Numbered from the stretch's first letter, positions 21,839 to 32,919 are shown. The stretch is 64,000 bases of DNA from Thecamonas trahens ATCC 50062 (GCF_000142905.1 NW_013657674.1:466709-530708), one strand, 5' to 3'. Program-made: numbers and translations. Notes: a model not told the origin generated them from the sequence alone.

Positions 21839-22669
21839 TCACCGGCCGGTGGAACGGGTCAGACAGTGAAGAGTGCTGGGGGGGAGGGGGGAGGGGGCGA
21901 TGGGGAGGATTTTCGCGGTCTGCGGTGGTGAGAGAGGGTGGGCAAGGTAGGGCACAACAAACAGGGTTTGTGTAGCTGGTGCACGGGTGTACGGGTGTAC
22001 GGGTGTGTGCCGATGCTCGCGACGGCTGTTGATCAGAAGCCGGTAGGGCAAGGCGAAAGGCAGCAAGTAGCAGTCAGCGGAGCCTCGGGTTCGAGGTGGG
22101 GCGTGGCTTCCAGATGCAGAGGCGTGGCGATGGAGATGCGATGAGCTCGGACGAGCTGGATTCCGCGATGGCGGGCGTGAGATCGGCTTGGGCGGCGCAG
22201 GCGGTGGGGGAGGGGCATAGATGCGGGGATTGCGGACGCGATAGTGGAGCCAGGCAGCGAGAGCAGCGGCAAGGATGACATGGAGAAAGGCGATGACGGC
22301 CATGACTACCGCATGCTTCTCAACAATGAGTGAGTCGTCACGCTCGATGACCGCCGACGAGCCATTGTCAGCCGTCTCGGCTGCAGTTGCGGCAAAGAAG
22401 ACGCCCATGCAGGCAAGGACAAAGCCTGCGAGGACGACAAAGACAAAGACTCGTCCTTGATCACGAAGGTACTCATCGAGGGTGACCTGTGGCTCGGAGC
22501 CACCCACCCGCCGGCCCTGTCGTCGTTGTCCGCTGCCGCCTCGCCGGTGACCTTGACCGCCTCTCCGGTGACGCAGCCCTGTGCCTGGCGTGCCTGGCGT
22601 GCCTGTTGAAGCCACCGACGAGTATGCTGCTGACGAGTACGGCGATGTCACCGTCGTGGTCCCGTACAT
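21839..22669 (-). CDS. Small two-transmembrane protein of unknown function (3' end uncertain)
   Basis: Two hydrophobic stretches (VFVFVVLAGFVLACMGVFFAA and AVVMAVIAFLHVILAAALAAWL) followed by a Pro-rich tail. The distal part looks non-coding. Confidence 0.6.
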   Translation of the reverse strand: MYGTTTVTSPYSSAAYSSVASTGTPGTPGTGLRHRRGGQGHRRGGSGQRRQGRRVGGSEPQVTLDEYLRDQGRVFVFVVLAGFVLACMGVFFAATAAETADNGSSAVIERDDSLIVEKHAVVMAVIAFLHVILAAALAAWLHYRVRNPRIYAPPPPPAPPKPISRPPSRNPARPSSSHLHRHASASGSHAPPRTRGSADCYLLPFALPYRLLINSRREHRHTPVHPYTRAPATQTLFVVPYLAHPLSPPQTAKILPIAPSPLPPSTLHCLTRSTGR

Positions 22670-23252
22670 GACTCACTTTGTCTGGGCAGGTGAGGTGAGG
22701 TGGTTGCGAGCTTTGCGGTCATGCGGCCTCGCGTGCGTGACGCGCCCGTCGGGCATGCACAGGCAGGCGAATGGAGGTTGAGATTGAGCAAGGCTCGCCG
22801 CGTGGAGGTGGTGTTTAGGTGGCAAGAGGCCATGCGCATGGCGCGCGCAACACAGGCGCAGTGCTAGCGATGCAGAGGCTGGGCTTGGCTGGACCCGCAG
22901 GCCGATCGCCACTGGAAGCCGAGCGCGAGCGTGAGAGACGGACTGGCGCCGTGCCTTGCGCACAATCGAGCAAGAGCACGGATAAAGGTGGTCTGTCGGA
23001 ATGAGAGCAGCTCGAGAGGGGCAGCAACCAGGAGCGGGGAGTGGGAGATGGGTCGGATGCGGGTGGGTGGTGGTGCAGAGGTGGGTGGCGAGGACAGCGC
23101 GGCAAGAGCCGTGCGCCGGAGCGGAAATCAGAGCCCAGGCGCAAGCAGATGCAGCGAGAGGACAGAGCGGAGAACAAAGAGCACAGCTTTCCGGTGAGCG
23201 GTGAGCGGTGAGCGGTGAGGCGGAGAGTGGCGGAGACTTGGGCCGACAAAGC

Positions 23253-23743
23253 TCAGGCGCGCTGCCAGGGGGCTAGCGGCGAGTTGCCGTCCTCCTGCTT
23301 CTTGCGCATCATGAGCTTGACCCGCTTGATGTACTCATCGTACTGGCACTTCTCGTAGGTGTGGCGCTCGTCGGTGCACTTGAAGGGCATGTAGAGGGTC
23401 GACCGGCGGCACTGGTTGAGCGGGATGAGGAGGTGGGCGCACCCGTCGCGGAAGGCGAGGTCCAGGCGGGCCTCCTTCATCTCCTGCTGCGTAGCCTCTG
23501 CTAAAAACAACCCAAATCATATGCGTATGAGTTACACTCTCTTGCTATTGCTCTCCCGCAAACCATACCTTCTCCATACCCCCGTACGTGGGCCTGACCC
23601 CAGCCCGCTCACCCCCAGGGAAAGGGCATATTTTTGCCTCCACCCCTCCCGCCGCCACACACAAGCACCACAAACGCTACAGCCCCTGTGTCTCCACAGG
23701 AGCTGATGTCGTGGTGATGGTACCAGTACGTACGTGCAGACAT
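23253..23743 (-). CDS. NDUFB7: NADH:ubiquinone oxidoreductase subunit B18; join(23743..23734,23500..23253)
   Basis: ATQQEMKEARLDLAFRDGCAHLLIPLNQCRR...CTDERHTYEKCQY, a twin CX9C pattern. Intron GTACGT...TTTTAG gives the N-terminus MSAPEATQQEM. Confidence 0.93.
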
Positions 23744-23989
23744 GATTCTTAGTCGAGTGTGTGTCTTGGAGCTAGAGTGCGGGGTTGGTGGGTCAGGGGT
23801 GGGGGTGGGGAGGGAAGGGGTGGTTGTTGTGATCGTGATCGTGATCGTGATCGTGTTCGGGTTGAGGGACGGGAGTAGGAGGCCGGGGGGGTGGACGGGA
23901 TCGGGGACGGGATCAGGAACCACGGACGGGATCGGGATCGGGATCAGGGACGCCACAGCAAGGCTCACCATTAGCGGCTGCCGTTTCGA

Positions 23990-24991
23990 TTAGCAGGCCG
24001 CGACCTGGAAGTTCGAAAGAGAGAGCGGTCCGGCACCCTTGTAGACCGGGATGATGATGGTGGCGTTCTTGCCGCCGACAGAGCCGCAGTTGGCGGCAAA
24101 CTTGGAGGTGTCCGAGGTCTGTGTGGCCGTGCAGATGCCATCGGCAATGGCTGGCCACGGGAAAAGGGCGGTCGGATCGCTGGTGGGCATGGTGATAGGG
24201 GTAATGGTGCCGGACCTGGCCAGCTGCATCACCGTCTTGCCCGTCGGTCCTGCGACAACGACGTAGGTGGCGCGCGACGCGCGGTCGAGCGTTGACGAGA
24301 CTACCTTGCCACCGACAGCGTAGCTGGCGATGGCATGGCTGGTGGTGTTGACGGCAACCACAGCTGCCGATCCGTCGCTACAGGTCCAGGTCGAGTAGAG
24401 CGTGCTGGCATCACCTGCGCCCAGTCCGTACGACGAGTCGGCAACGAGCGTGCACCCGGCCAGCGCCTTGTCCGTCGACGGATCAAAGAGCGTGACAACG
24501 GTATGGCTGTCGTACGCCCACGCCACCATCGCAGACGTCGGCCCTGTGATTGCGTACAGCGTGTCCGCCGACGGCGCCAGCTGCAGAGGCTCGGTAATGG
24601 CGCTCGGAACGTTGACAAACTCATAGCCTCCGATCTGGCCGAAGACATACAGCAGGTTCTGATCCGAGTTTGTGGCCTTCATAGTGGCAAAGCCGGTACC
24701 CACGTCGTTGTACACATGGTTGTTTGCGTTATAGCCAACAGCATACACCCGCCAAGCCCACGATGGGCTGCTATTGACGCAGTTGAAGCCGGTTTCGAAC
24801 CCGCTGTTTTCCGGCGCTTCGACATCGATGCGGGAGACGCAATCACTGCCGATGCCACCTCCTGTGTTGAACAGGGTGTACACACAGCGTCGGGAATCAG
24901 CATGAGTCGCAGCATACATTGACTCGCTTGTAGCTGCCATAGCTGCAGCAGCGAGCACTGCCAGCACAAGTAGCGACGTTCCAATCGACAT
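23990..24991 (-). CDS. Secreted beta-rich protein (signal peptide, possible beta-propeller), unknown function
   Basis: Signal peptide MSIGTSLLVLAVLAAAAMAA. Thr/Ser/Gly/Val-rich with several Cys and no TM segment. Confidence 0.7.
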   Translation of the reverse strand: MSIGTSLLVLAVLAAAAMAATSESMYAATHADSRRCVYTLFNTGGGIGSDCVSRIDVEAPENSGFETGFNCVNSSPSWAWRVYAVGYNANNHVYNDVGTGFATMKATNSDQNLLYVFGQIGGYEFVNVPSAITEPLQLAPSADTLYAITGPTSAMVAWAYDSHTVVTLFDPSTDKALAGCTLVADSSYGLGAGDASTLYSTWTCSDGSAAVVAVNTTSHAIASYAVGGKVVSSTLDRASRATYVVVAGPTGKTVMQLARSGTITPITMPTSDPTALFPWPAIADGICTATQTSDTSKFAANCGSVGGKNATIIIPVYKGAGPLSLSNFQVAAC

Positions 24992-25339
24992 GGTGAGCGT
25001 GGAGTCGGGTGGTCGCCAAACACCACGTGACACGGTCCCGGACTTACCGTACTCCACACCACACCCTGACGGCGGCATCTGCCTCTGAGTGACCTACGCT
25101 AAGGTGATCATCCCGGCTGATGCTAATCTTTACGCCATTCCATCCCCCATCATCGCCTTGTGCCATCGCCCTATGTCAATACCCTGTGTCATCGCCCTGT
25201 GTCATCGCTCTGCGCCATCGTCCTATGCTGTCGCTCTCCCATCATCGCCACTGCCGATTCGTGCGAGTGCGGGGATTAGTGCGGGGGTTAGTGCGAGTGC
25301 TTGCGAGTGCCGGCTGGCGAAAACCAACCGCGGGGCGTC

Positions 25340-25677
25340 ACTCTTGGTTGCCGGCCGAGCAGTCGCTCGGCTGGCTCGATGGCTTGAGAGATTTCTTCGC
25401 ATTTACTGAGCTGGCCATTATCGCCAGCACAGCGTGCCGATTGGCACGGTGACCGGCATGTACATGAGCGGCAGCCGCGCACTCGCGTACACCAGCGATC
25501 AAGGTATGTATTGGGCGTCCAGAGGTGCACGTCGTCATCGTCGCGCATCGTCATCAATGAGGGGGGGGGGGTGAGTTCCTGCTCCTCCGCCGACTGTGTT
25601 GACGCCATCGGAGCTCTTTGCGAAGTAAATGGCTTCATTGCGCTCTGCCGGCTGCGAGTGTTTGCGATTCGTAACAG
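25340..25677 (-). repeat. Dispersed ~330-bp repeat, copy B (ORF frameshifted)
   Basis: Homologous to 15870..16199 in the same orientation. Translation MASTQSAEEQE.../RPIHTLIAGVRECAAAAHVHAGHRAN versus copy A MTSTQSASEERE...RPILTFISGVRELSTGAHVHAGHLAN. Confidence 0.85.
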
Positions 25678-25716
25678 TCGCAGCCACACTCGTCGCGTTG
25701 GCCGTTGCAGGACGAC

Positions 25717-27280
25717 ATGCCGACCGAGGTAAGTGGGGGCATGGGCAAGGGCATGGGCAAGGGGAGAGGAAGAGGGACAACGACATGTCTTCCCACACCA
25801 CCGAGAGCATACTTACGTCCGGTCGGTACTTGTGCAGAAGATCCGTGTCCAGCGTGAGTGGGTCATGTCGGACCAGTGGCGGACGTGGCTGTACGACATG
25901 GACGACGGGTGGACAGCTCCGGTGACGGATCCAGAGGCATCAAGCCGCACTGTCTACCGCTTTCTCAAGAAGCTCAAGCCAAAAGCTCTGGCGGTTCTCT
26001 GCGGAGCGCTGAGACGCAAGTCGCACGATGACATCCCGGACATCGACATCATTCCAAACGCGGTCAAGCGCAAGATCTTTAGCCATGTTGCCCTCTCCCC
26101 AAACCCCGATGCTTCTGCTCGCAAGTCAAGCCGCCACCACAGCTCGACCGCCAAGGCCAAAGGAAAGGGCAAGGGCAAACACTCCAAGTCCAAGTCCAAG
26201 TCCAAGTCCAAGTCCAAGGCCAAGGCCAAGAAAGCATCGCACCGCAGATCGCGCTCCCGCTCGCGAGCCGGTTCATCGTCGAGCTCGGGAAGCCTGTTCC
26301 GCTCAGGGTCATCGTCCCCATCGCTGGTCATGTCGAGCCGCAAGTCGAGCCGTGGCTTCAAGTCCAAGTCCAAGTCCAAGTCCAAGGGCAAGGCCAAGGC
26401 CAAGGCCAAAGGCAAGGGCAAGGGCAAGGGCAAGAGCAAGGACCGTCTCGCGCATCGGTACGCCAAGGCCAAGATCAAGTACATCGACTCGGGCCGGTGG
26501 CGGAAGCTGCGCATGCGTCCCGGATGGACGTCGCCGCTGTTGGCGCGTGGCCTCTCGCGCCGGCGGGTGGAGAGTATTCTCCACGGCTACTCGCAGCGGG
26601 AGCTGGCGGTTCTCCTAGGCGCCATCACCCGTCAGGTTGACGACTCGGACGACGTCGACGCCGCCATCCCAGAGGTCGACGATCTGCCGTCGACGACAAA
26701 ATCCAAGATCATGGATGTGCTGACCGAGTCGGCAGACCGCGGCGCAGACTCCCTTAGCGGTCCGGTGTCGGCATACTCGTCGTGCGCCTCCGGCTTCTCC
26801 TCGATGCGCTCGTCGCGGCGGATGACTCGCGAGCCGTCGATGATGGCACGGCGCGACTCGCGCGGACGCTACATTGTCGTCGATGCCGGCCATCACTCCA
26901 GGCATAGCAGGCACGACCACAGTGCCTCGCGCCGCTCGTCGCGCTGGGGTGGCTCGCGCTCGTCGTGGCGCCGCTCGTCCGCTTCGCGCCGTCATCCGCA
27001 CCACCGCTCGTCGCACCGCTCGTCACACCGCCCGCGTGTCATCGCGCTCAGCCGCCAACCATCCTACTCCGGCTCTTACTCGGACGCCACCGCGCCCATC
27101 ATCATCGTCACCGCCGGTGAGTTTGACTACAGCTCCGACAGCAGCTTGGCCTCGTCATCAGCGTCGGCGGTGGCCCACGTCCGCCCCCACCGCTCCCGCT
27201 CGCGTGACCACCACCGCCACCACCGCGCGAGCTCCCGCTCCCGCTCCCGCTCCCGGCGGCACTCCCGGTCTCGGCACTGA
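25717..27280 (+). CDS. Basic Lys/Ser/Arg-rich protein with two copies of an unrecognised ~85-aa domain; join(25717..25728,25838..27280)
   Basis: Exon 1 MPTE, then a phase-0 intron GTAAGT...GTGCAG. Internal duplication W..GWTxP...LAVLxGA..R...IP..D..P...KxKI, with KS/KG/KA and RS dipeptide tracts. Confidence 0.75.
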
Positions 27281-27510
27281 GCCCAGCCGTAGCCAGGACC
27301 AGTCCTTTCCTCTCTCCCTCTCTCCATCTTTCTTTGGCTGTCTCCTTCGCCCTTACACGCATCAAATGCCCTTCCGATCCTTGACCGATCCATCCGTCTG
27401 CATTCCGTAGCCCACGCTGCGACGGACGACAGGCGTGGGGGCGAAGGCCGGCTGACCCAAGGTGACCCACCTGTCGCCACCACACTCTTTGCCCACCGGC
27501 GCAGCAACGG

Positions 27511-29043
27511 ATGTGGCGAGTGAACCCGCGCTTGGTCCGAGGCGTCATGGGGACAGCACGTGCAGTGCGAGCTGGAAGCAGCAGCGCGGTTGCCCCCGAG
27601 GAGAGGCTGGCGGCATTCCCCGAGGTGACGGGAGGGCATGTGGCGGCGCTGGAGGCGGTGTGCTCGTCGTTGGAGACAGATCCGCATGTACTCGCCGGAG
27701 CTTCGCGGGACTGGATCGGACGGTACCAGGGTCGCGCGGGCGTACTGGTGGCACCCAAGGATACTGATGAAGTCGCTGCGGTGATGAGGGTATGCGCTGA
27801 GGCCGGCCTGGCCGTCGTGCCGCAGGGCGGGAAGACGGGGCTCGTGGGCGGATCGGTCCCGCTGCTGGCCGGCGATGGCGGGTGTGGTCCAGACAGTGGC
27901 GCCAAAGAGGTTGTTCTCTCGCTCCGTCGGATGAACGCTATTGAGAGCATTGACGTCGATGCTGGTGTGGTTCATGCGCAGGCTGGCGTTGTTCTGGAGA
28001 GCCTCGAGGCGGCGGTCGCCGAGGCGGGCTTTACCGTTCCGCTAGATCTGGGTGCCAAGGGCTCGTGTCACGTCGGCGGCAACGTGGCGACCAACGCCGG
28101 TGGCATTCACTTTGTGCGCTACGGCTCGCTTCACGGCTCGGTCCTTGGACTGGAAGTGGTGCTGCCGTCGGGCGACGTGCTGGACTCGCGGACATCGCTT
28201 CGCAAGAACAACACCGGCTACGATCTCAAGCAGCTGTTCATCGGCTCAGAGGGCACGCTTGGCGTCATTACGCGAGTCTCGCTTTGGCTGCCGCCAGCTC
28301 CCCAGGCCAAATCTGTGGCGCTGCTTGGCGTCGACTCGTTTGCATCGGCGGTGGCGCTTGTCCGCACTGCGCGAGTCCATCTCGGCGACGCGGTCTCAGC
28401 GCTCGAGTTTATGGATCGCACCTCGATCGAGTGCGTATTGGCGCATGCTCGTGGCCGCGATCCGCTCGGTACGGCGACTCCGTTCTACGTCCTTGTTGAG
28501 GCAGCGGGCGCGTCTGAGCCTGCTGTTGCTGCCGCCATGGACTCGCTACTGGAGCATGCCATGGACTCGCCGAAGCTGGGTGTACTCGACGGGACACTTG
28601 CGGCAGACGGCCAGCAAGCGGCCGAGCTGTGGCACCTGCGCGAGGCGTGCACGGAGGGCATCATGGGCGCAGGCGCGGTGTACAAGTACGACCTATCGCT
28701 GCCGACCGCGCAGATGTACGATGTGGTTGAGAGTGTCCGTGAGCGGATGGCCGGCGTCGACGGCGCAGTTGTTGTCGGCTACGGCCACCTCGGCGACGCC
28801 AACCTTCACCTCAACATTGCTGTGCCCGAGTACTCGTCAGAAGTCGAGCACCTACTCGAGCCATACGTGTACGAAGCGACGGCTGCACTGGCCGGGTCGA
28901 TCTCGGCCGAGCACGGTCTCGGGCAGATGAAGGCTTCGGTTGCCCACTACTCGCAGTCCAAGACTGCGCTGGCCTACATGCGCGCTATCAAGGATGTGTT
29001 CGATCCCCAAGGCATTCTGAATCCCGGCAAGGTTCTGGTCTGA
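27511..29043 (+). CDS. D2HGDH: D-2-hydroxyglutarate dehydrogenase, mitochondrial (FAD-linked oxidase)
   Basis: Motifs VVPQGGKTGLVGGSVP, PLDLGAKGSCHVGGNVATNAGG, LRKNNTGYDLKQLFIGSEGTLG, YKYDLSLP, GYGHLGDANLHLN, GSISAEHGLG and DPQGILNPGK. Confidence 0.95.
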   Translation: MWRVNPRLVRGVMGTARAVRAGSSSAVAPEERLAAFPEVTGGHVAALEAVCSSLETDPHVLAGASRDWIGRYQGRAGVLVAPKDTDEVAAVMRVCAEAGLAVVPQGGKTGLVGGSVPLLAGDGGCGPDSGAKEVVLSLRRMNAIESIDVDAGVVHAQAGVVLESLEAAVAEAGFTVPLDLGAKGSCHVGGNVATNAGGIHFVRYGSLHGSVLGLEVVLPSGDVLDSRTSLRKNNTGYDLKQLFIGSEGTLGVITRVSLWLPPAPQAKSVALLGVDSFASAVALVRTARVHLGDAVSALEFMDRTSIECVLAHARGRDPLGTATPFYVLVEAAGASEPAVAAAMDSLLEHAMDSPKLGVLDGTLAADGQQAAELWHLREACTEGIMGAGAVYKYDLSLPTAQMYDVVESVRERMAGVDGAVVVGYGHLGDANLHLNIAVPEYSSEVEHLLEPYVYEATAALAGSISAEHGLGQMKASVAHYSQSKTALAYMRAIKDVFDPQGILNPGKVLV

Positions 29044-29045
29044 GC

Positions 29046-29894
29046 TCAGCGTTCGACGTCGACCACGAAAGAGCCACTATCCAGCCCGACGTCGCCCAGG
29101 CTGGCCTCGGCGTGGGCGGCCTCGGTGAGTCGGGTGAGCGGCCCGTCAGCGACGATCAGAACCAGCGAGCCGCGAACAGATGCCGCCGCAGCACCGGCCT
29201 CGGCCACAGCCCAGTCAAACAAACGCGCTACAGGTGTACTTGATGCCCACACACGGACCGCCCGCCCGCGGCGGTGGCGCAGTGCGATCCGCACCGCTTC
29301 GTCTTTCGGCGCCTCATTTGTATCGAGCTGGGCCAGTGCCGCCAGCGCATCGGCTCTCCGGGCCTTGGCAGCCTCCACTGCAGCCGCCGCTGCCCGATCG
29401 GCTGCCAGCGACGCCTGGTACTCTGCGTCCTGCGCCGCCCGCAGCGCCGCCCGCTCCATGGCCGCCTTCTCGGCCAGAGTCGGTGGTGGACGATACCGTG
29501 GCGGATCAGCCAGATCACGAGCGACGTCATTCACTGCCGCCATCCGCCTTCCATCCGATCCGTCCACTCGCGCCGACGTTCGTCTCCGCCGCACCGCCGT
29601 GGGATCGGCGACCGCCACCAAAGCCGACGACGATACAGGCGGTGCGGCAGCATCTAACCCATCAGCCTCCCACTCCTGCTGCTGTCGAGGCGGTGGCGAC
29701 AGCGGGTGCGCAGCTGCCACGCCATCGCCAGCACCACCGACTCGATGGACTGCGATGAGTCCCCAAGACTCCAGACGCGGCTTAGCCACCGAGATAAGCC
29801 AGGTGGCTGCCGCGAGAGCAAGCGCCACCCAGCCTGCGATGACAGAGAGTGACCAACGCGGGTGGGCATGGCTCGAGGATGAGGGGTCGTCCAT
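29046..29894 (-). CDS. Membrane-anchored UBX-domain protein (UBXN8/FAF-like p97 adaptor)
   Basis: N-terminal TM segment, coiled coil ERAALRAAQDAEYQASLAADR, and C-terminal UBX-like VRIALRHRRGRAVRVW...LFDWA...SLGDVGL. Confidence 0.75.
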   Translation of the reverse strand: MDDPSSSSHAHPRWSLSVIAGWVALALAAATWLISVAKPRLESWGLIAVHRVGGAGDGVAAAHPLSPPPRQQQEWEADGLDAAAPPVSSSALVAVADPTAVRRRRTSARVDGSDGRRMAAVNDVARDLADPPRYRPPPTLAEKAAMERAALRAAQDAEYQASLAADRAAAAAVEAAKARRADALAALAQLDTNEAPKDEAVRIALRHRRGRAVRVWASSTPVARLFDWAVAEAGAAAASVRGSLVLIVADGPLTRLTEAAHAEASLGDVGLDSGSFVVDVER

Positions 29895-29907
29895 GGCGGA
29901 GTGGGGT

Positions 29908-30412
29908 GATGGCGGTGGCGGTGGCGGTGGCGGTGGCGGTGGCGGTGGGCAGGTCGTGGGCGGTGGTGGCGATGATGGCGATGATGGCGATGATGGCGAT
30001 GATGGCGATGATGGCGATGATGGTGGTGAGAGTGATGGTGATGGTGATGAAGGTGTTCGAAACATGGATATCATGAGCATACATGTTACTGATGTATATG
30101 TGTGATGTAATCTGGGTATGTTGCGTCATCTCAGTCTCCATCTTCATCTCTGTCTCGGGCACTGTCCCCATCGGCTCAGCACAAGCAACCCTCACGCCCA
30201 TGCCCAATCCCAATCACCACCACCACCACCACCATACCACCCCATTCTTACCCCCTTTCATCCATCCCCATCACCACCACCATCGCCATCGCCATCGCCA
30301 TCGCCATCGCCATCGCCATCGCCATCGCCTTCGCTCGATCACCCCCCCCCCCTCCCCCCCCCCCTCTCTCCCACCTGGCAGCCTCTACCACCTCACCTCC
30401 CCCCTCCCCCCT
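29908..30412. repeat. Microsatellite/low-complexity block in divergent intergenic region: (GGCGGT)n, (GATGGCGAT)n, (CAC)n, (CATCGC)n, poly-C
   Basis: Directly visible tandem repeats between the UBX gene start and the ITFG2 start. Confidence 0.9.
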
Positions 30413-30415
30413 GCT

Positions 30416-32010
30416 ATGACCCACAGAGAAGTGGACTATGTCGACTGTTTGGAGCTCGAATTCAAGGGCAACGTCTCTCCCTCGGCCCTTGCCCTAGGCA
30501 TGCTCGGCCCGCTGCCCCATCGTCTCCCTCGCCGGCTGCCTCGCCCAAATCGCCGGCTATGTCGCAGAGTGCGTCTCCCACATTGGGCGGCCACTCTCCG
30601 CTCACTCGGCTAGGCGCAGCAGCTGGTGGGCCTGGTCTGGATGGCGAGCGAGTTCAAGAGATCGGACCAGAGGCAGAGTCGGATGGGCGAGTCGAGCCGG
30701 ATGGGCGAGTCGAGCCGGGTGGTGGTGGTGGTGATGGTCCTGCGCTGTACAGCAGCGTGGGATCAGAGTCGGGTCGGACAAGCAGGGCCGGCAGCAAGTC
30801 AGGCGGAGGCGGTGGGCCAGAGTTGAATGGGAAGCTGCCCGAGCTGGAAACGAACCAGCAGTCACAGCCGAGACACTTTCTGGCTGTTGGATCGCTGGCG
30901 GGCGAGCTGGCTGTCTACTCGGGGCGATCAGCCAAGCCGCTGGCGGTCGCTTCGGGCCTCGGTACCATCACCGCTGTCTGTATGGGCGATATGTTCAATA
31001 CCGGCGTATCAGTTTTGCTGGTGGTGTGCGCCGAAGGCGTCGGGTTTGTCTTTGATCTCTCGGGTGAGCCGCTTGTGAGCCAGGCGACGCCGACGCCGAC
31101 GCCGTCGTCACCGTCACTGCCATCGCGGCCAGAGATGGCTGCCGAGGCTAGCACCAGCGGAGGCGGGAGCGGGAGCGGGCCTGTGGTCATCACGCCTGTG
31201 GCCCAGTTTCCGCTCCTTACCAACGTCCGCTGCCTCTGGGTTGCCGACGTCGATTGCGACGGGCGGCAAGAGGTGGTTGTCGGCGCTGCTGACCGATCGG
31301 CCACCGTCTTCCGGCTGGAGCGCCTGCTCGGCCCGGCTGACGGCGAGTGGGAGCTTCGGCAAGTGGTGCAGTGGAACGTGAACGGTGAAGTTGGCTCGGT
31401 CTCGCACGTCGACTCGCACGGCGGCATGCCTGCCGTCCTTGTGGGCCAGCCGGGCGGCCGATTCCTCGCCCTTCCGCTCTCGGCCTGGAGCTCGGCTTCG
31501 GAGGTGTACGCACCAAACCAGCCGAGCTCGGCCCAGCGGTCGCGTCTCGAGACACTGATTGTGGGCCTCTCCCACGCAGACAACAGCTACGTCGGCGTCT
31601 GTACCACCGACGGCGCCATTCGGCTCCACGACCTCTCCGCCGGCGAGCTCCGGTGGGAGATCCAGGTCTCGCACCGGCTACTCTCGCTCACCGCACTCGA
31701 CATGACCGGGTCGGGCGCGGACGACCTTGTGGTATGCGCGTGGGATGGCATGACGTACATCATGGACCCCGCCTTTAACGTCGTTCGCTTTGACTGCTCC
31801 GAGCGCGTCTGTGCCTTTGCCGCCGGCAAGTTTTCGCTCTCGGCGAAGGGTCCGCCGTCGCTTGTTCTTGTCTACGTCACCTACTCGGACAAGATCAAGG
31901 TCTACTGCGACGTCGCGCTCGACTCGCTCGAGCTACCCGGCACCAACCGCACTCCAAGCGACCGGCTGGCGGTCCTCGAGGCCGCGTTTAGCTCACTGCT
32001 CGTGCCGTAG
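30416..32010 (+). CDS. ITFG2: ITFG2 (FG-GAP beta-propeller, KICSTOR subunit); one apparent -1 frame break at ~30508-30518
   Basis: The N-terminus MTHREVDYVDCLELEFKGNVSPSALALG is in one frame. The remainder is in the -1 frame: LAVGSLAGELAVY, ITAVCMGDMFNTG, VADVDCDGRQEVVVG, DDLVVCAWDGMTYIMD, VCAFAAGKF, LVYVTYSDKIKVY. Confidence 0.85.
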
Positions 32011-32034
32011 ATGCCGCCGAGAGGCTACTTTACC

Positions 32035-32869
32035 TCACCCCATTCGCGTCTGCGCAAAGGCCACGATCGGGCCCAAAAACTGGTGCGGATCCACCGGTGG
32101 AGGATGTAGCTGGCGTGCGAGCGCATCGACGGTGGGCGCGCGGACAATGGAGCCGAGGCTGCAGCCGGTGCCGGCCAGCGCTAGCGCGGCTGCGGGGTTG
32201 ACGCCCGGGATGCCAAGCAGGAGCTTGAGGCCGGATGAGATGGAGGCAAACTGGACACCTCGGAGCCACGGACCCAGCCCGTAGCCTGTGATGGCCTCGG
32301 CCTCGGCGAGATCGCGCACTGTAGCGCCGGACTCGTCCGACGAAAACGTGCACACCACGCTGACGTCTGAAAGCCGCTCGAGCGCCGCAAGCGCGCGCTG
32401 GTATGTGGGCTGGCGCTCAAAGGTGTCGTACACCTTGGTCCGCGACGCACCAAGCGCCATGGCGTCGGCGTGCGCCGCCCGGACCTGCGCGCTGTCTTTC
32501 CGCGCCGACGTCGCAAGCTCGGTCTCGCCCTCGACAAAGACCACAACTCTGGGAAAGATCTGTCCCAGCCGCTGCAGGACCGGCTTCACCGGTGCTCCTG
32601 TTCGTGGCGTGCCCGACGTCTTGCCAAACTCGGACATCTTGAGCTGCTTCTGCGAGAGGCGGTAAACCACCATCCGCTGCGAGACAATGACCACCTTGTC
32701 CGCCAGTTTGCACACCAGGCGCGGCAGCTGGTTCGGCAACTTGGCCATCATCATCGACGAGACCAGGACCCGCGAGACAATAACCAGCGCGTCCAAGCGA
32801 GTGCCGGGAACCGGCACCGAGCGCAATGGTGCAGGCTGGGGCCCTCGCGCAAGCGGCACGTCATCGTCG

Positions 32870-32919
<50 letters not shown>

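Noticed and set aside
25120-25300. Short degenerate repeats (CATCGCCCTGTG-like; GTGCGGGG.TTA) as CRISPR-like or telomeric arrays
   Set aside because: They are irregular low-complexity tandem repeats with no unique spacers and no consistent telomere unit, in a eukaryotic context.
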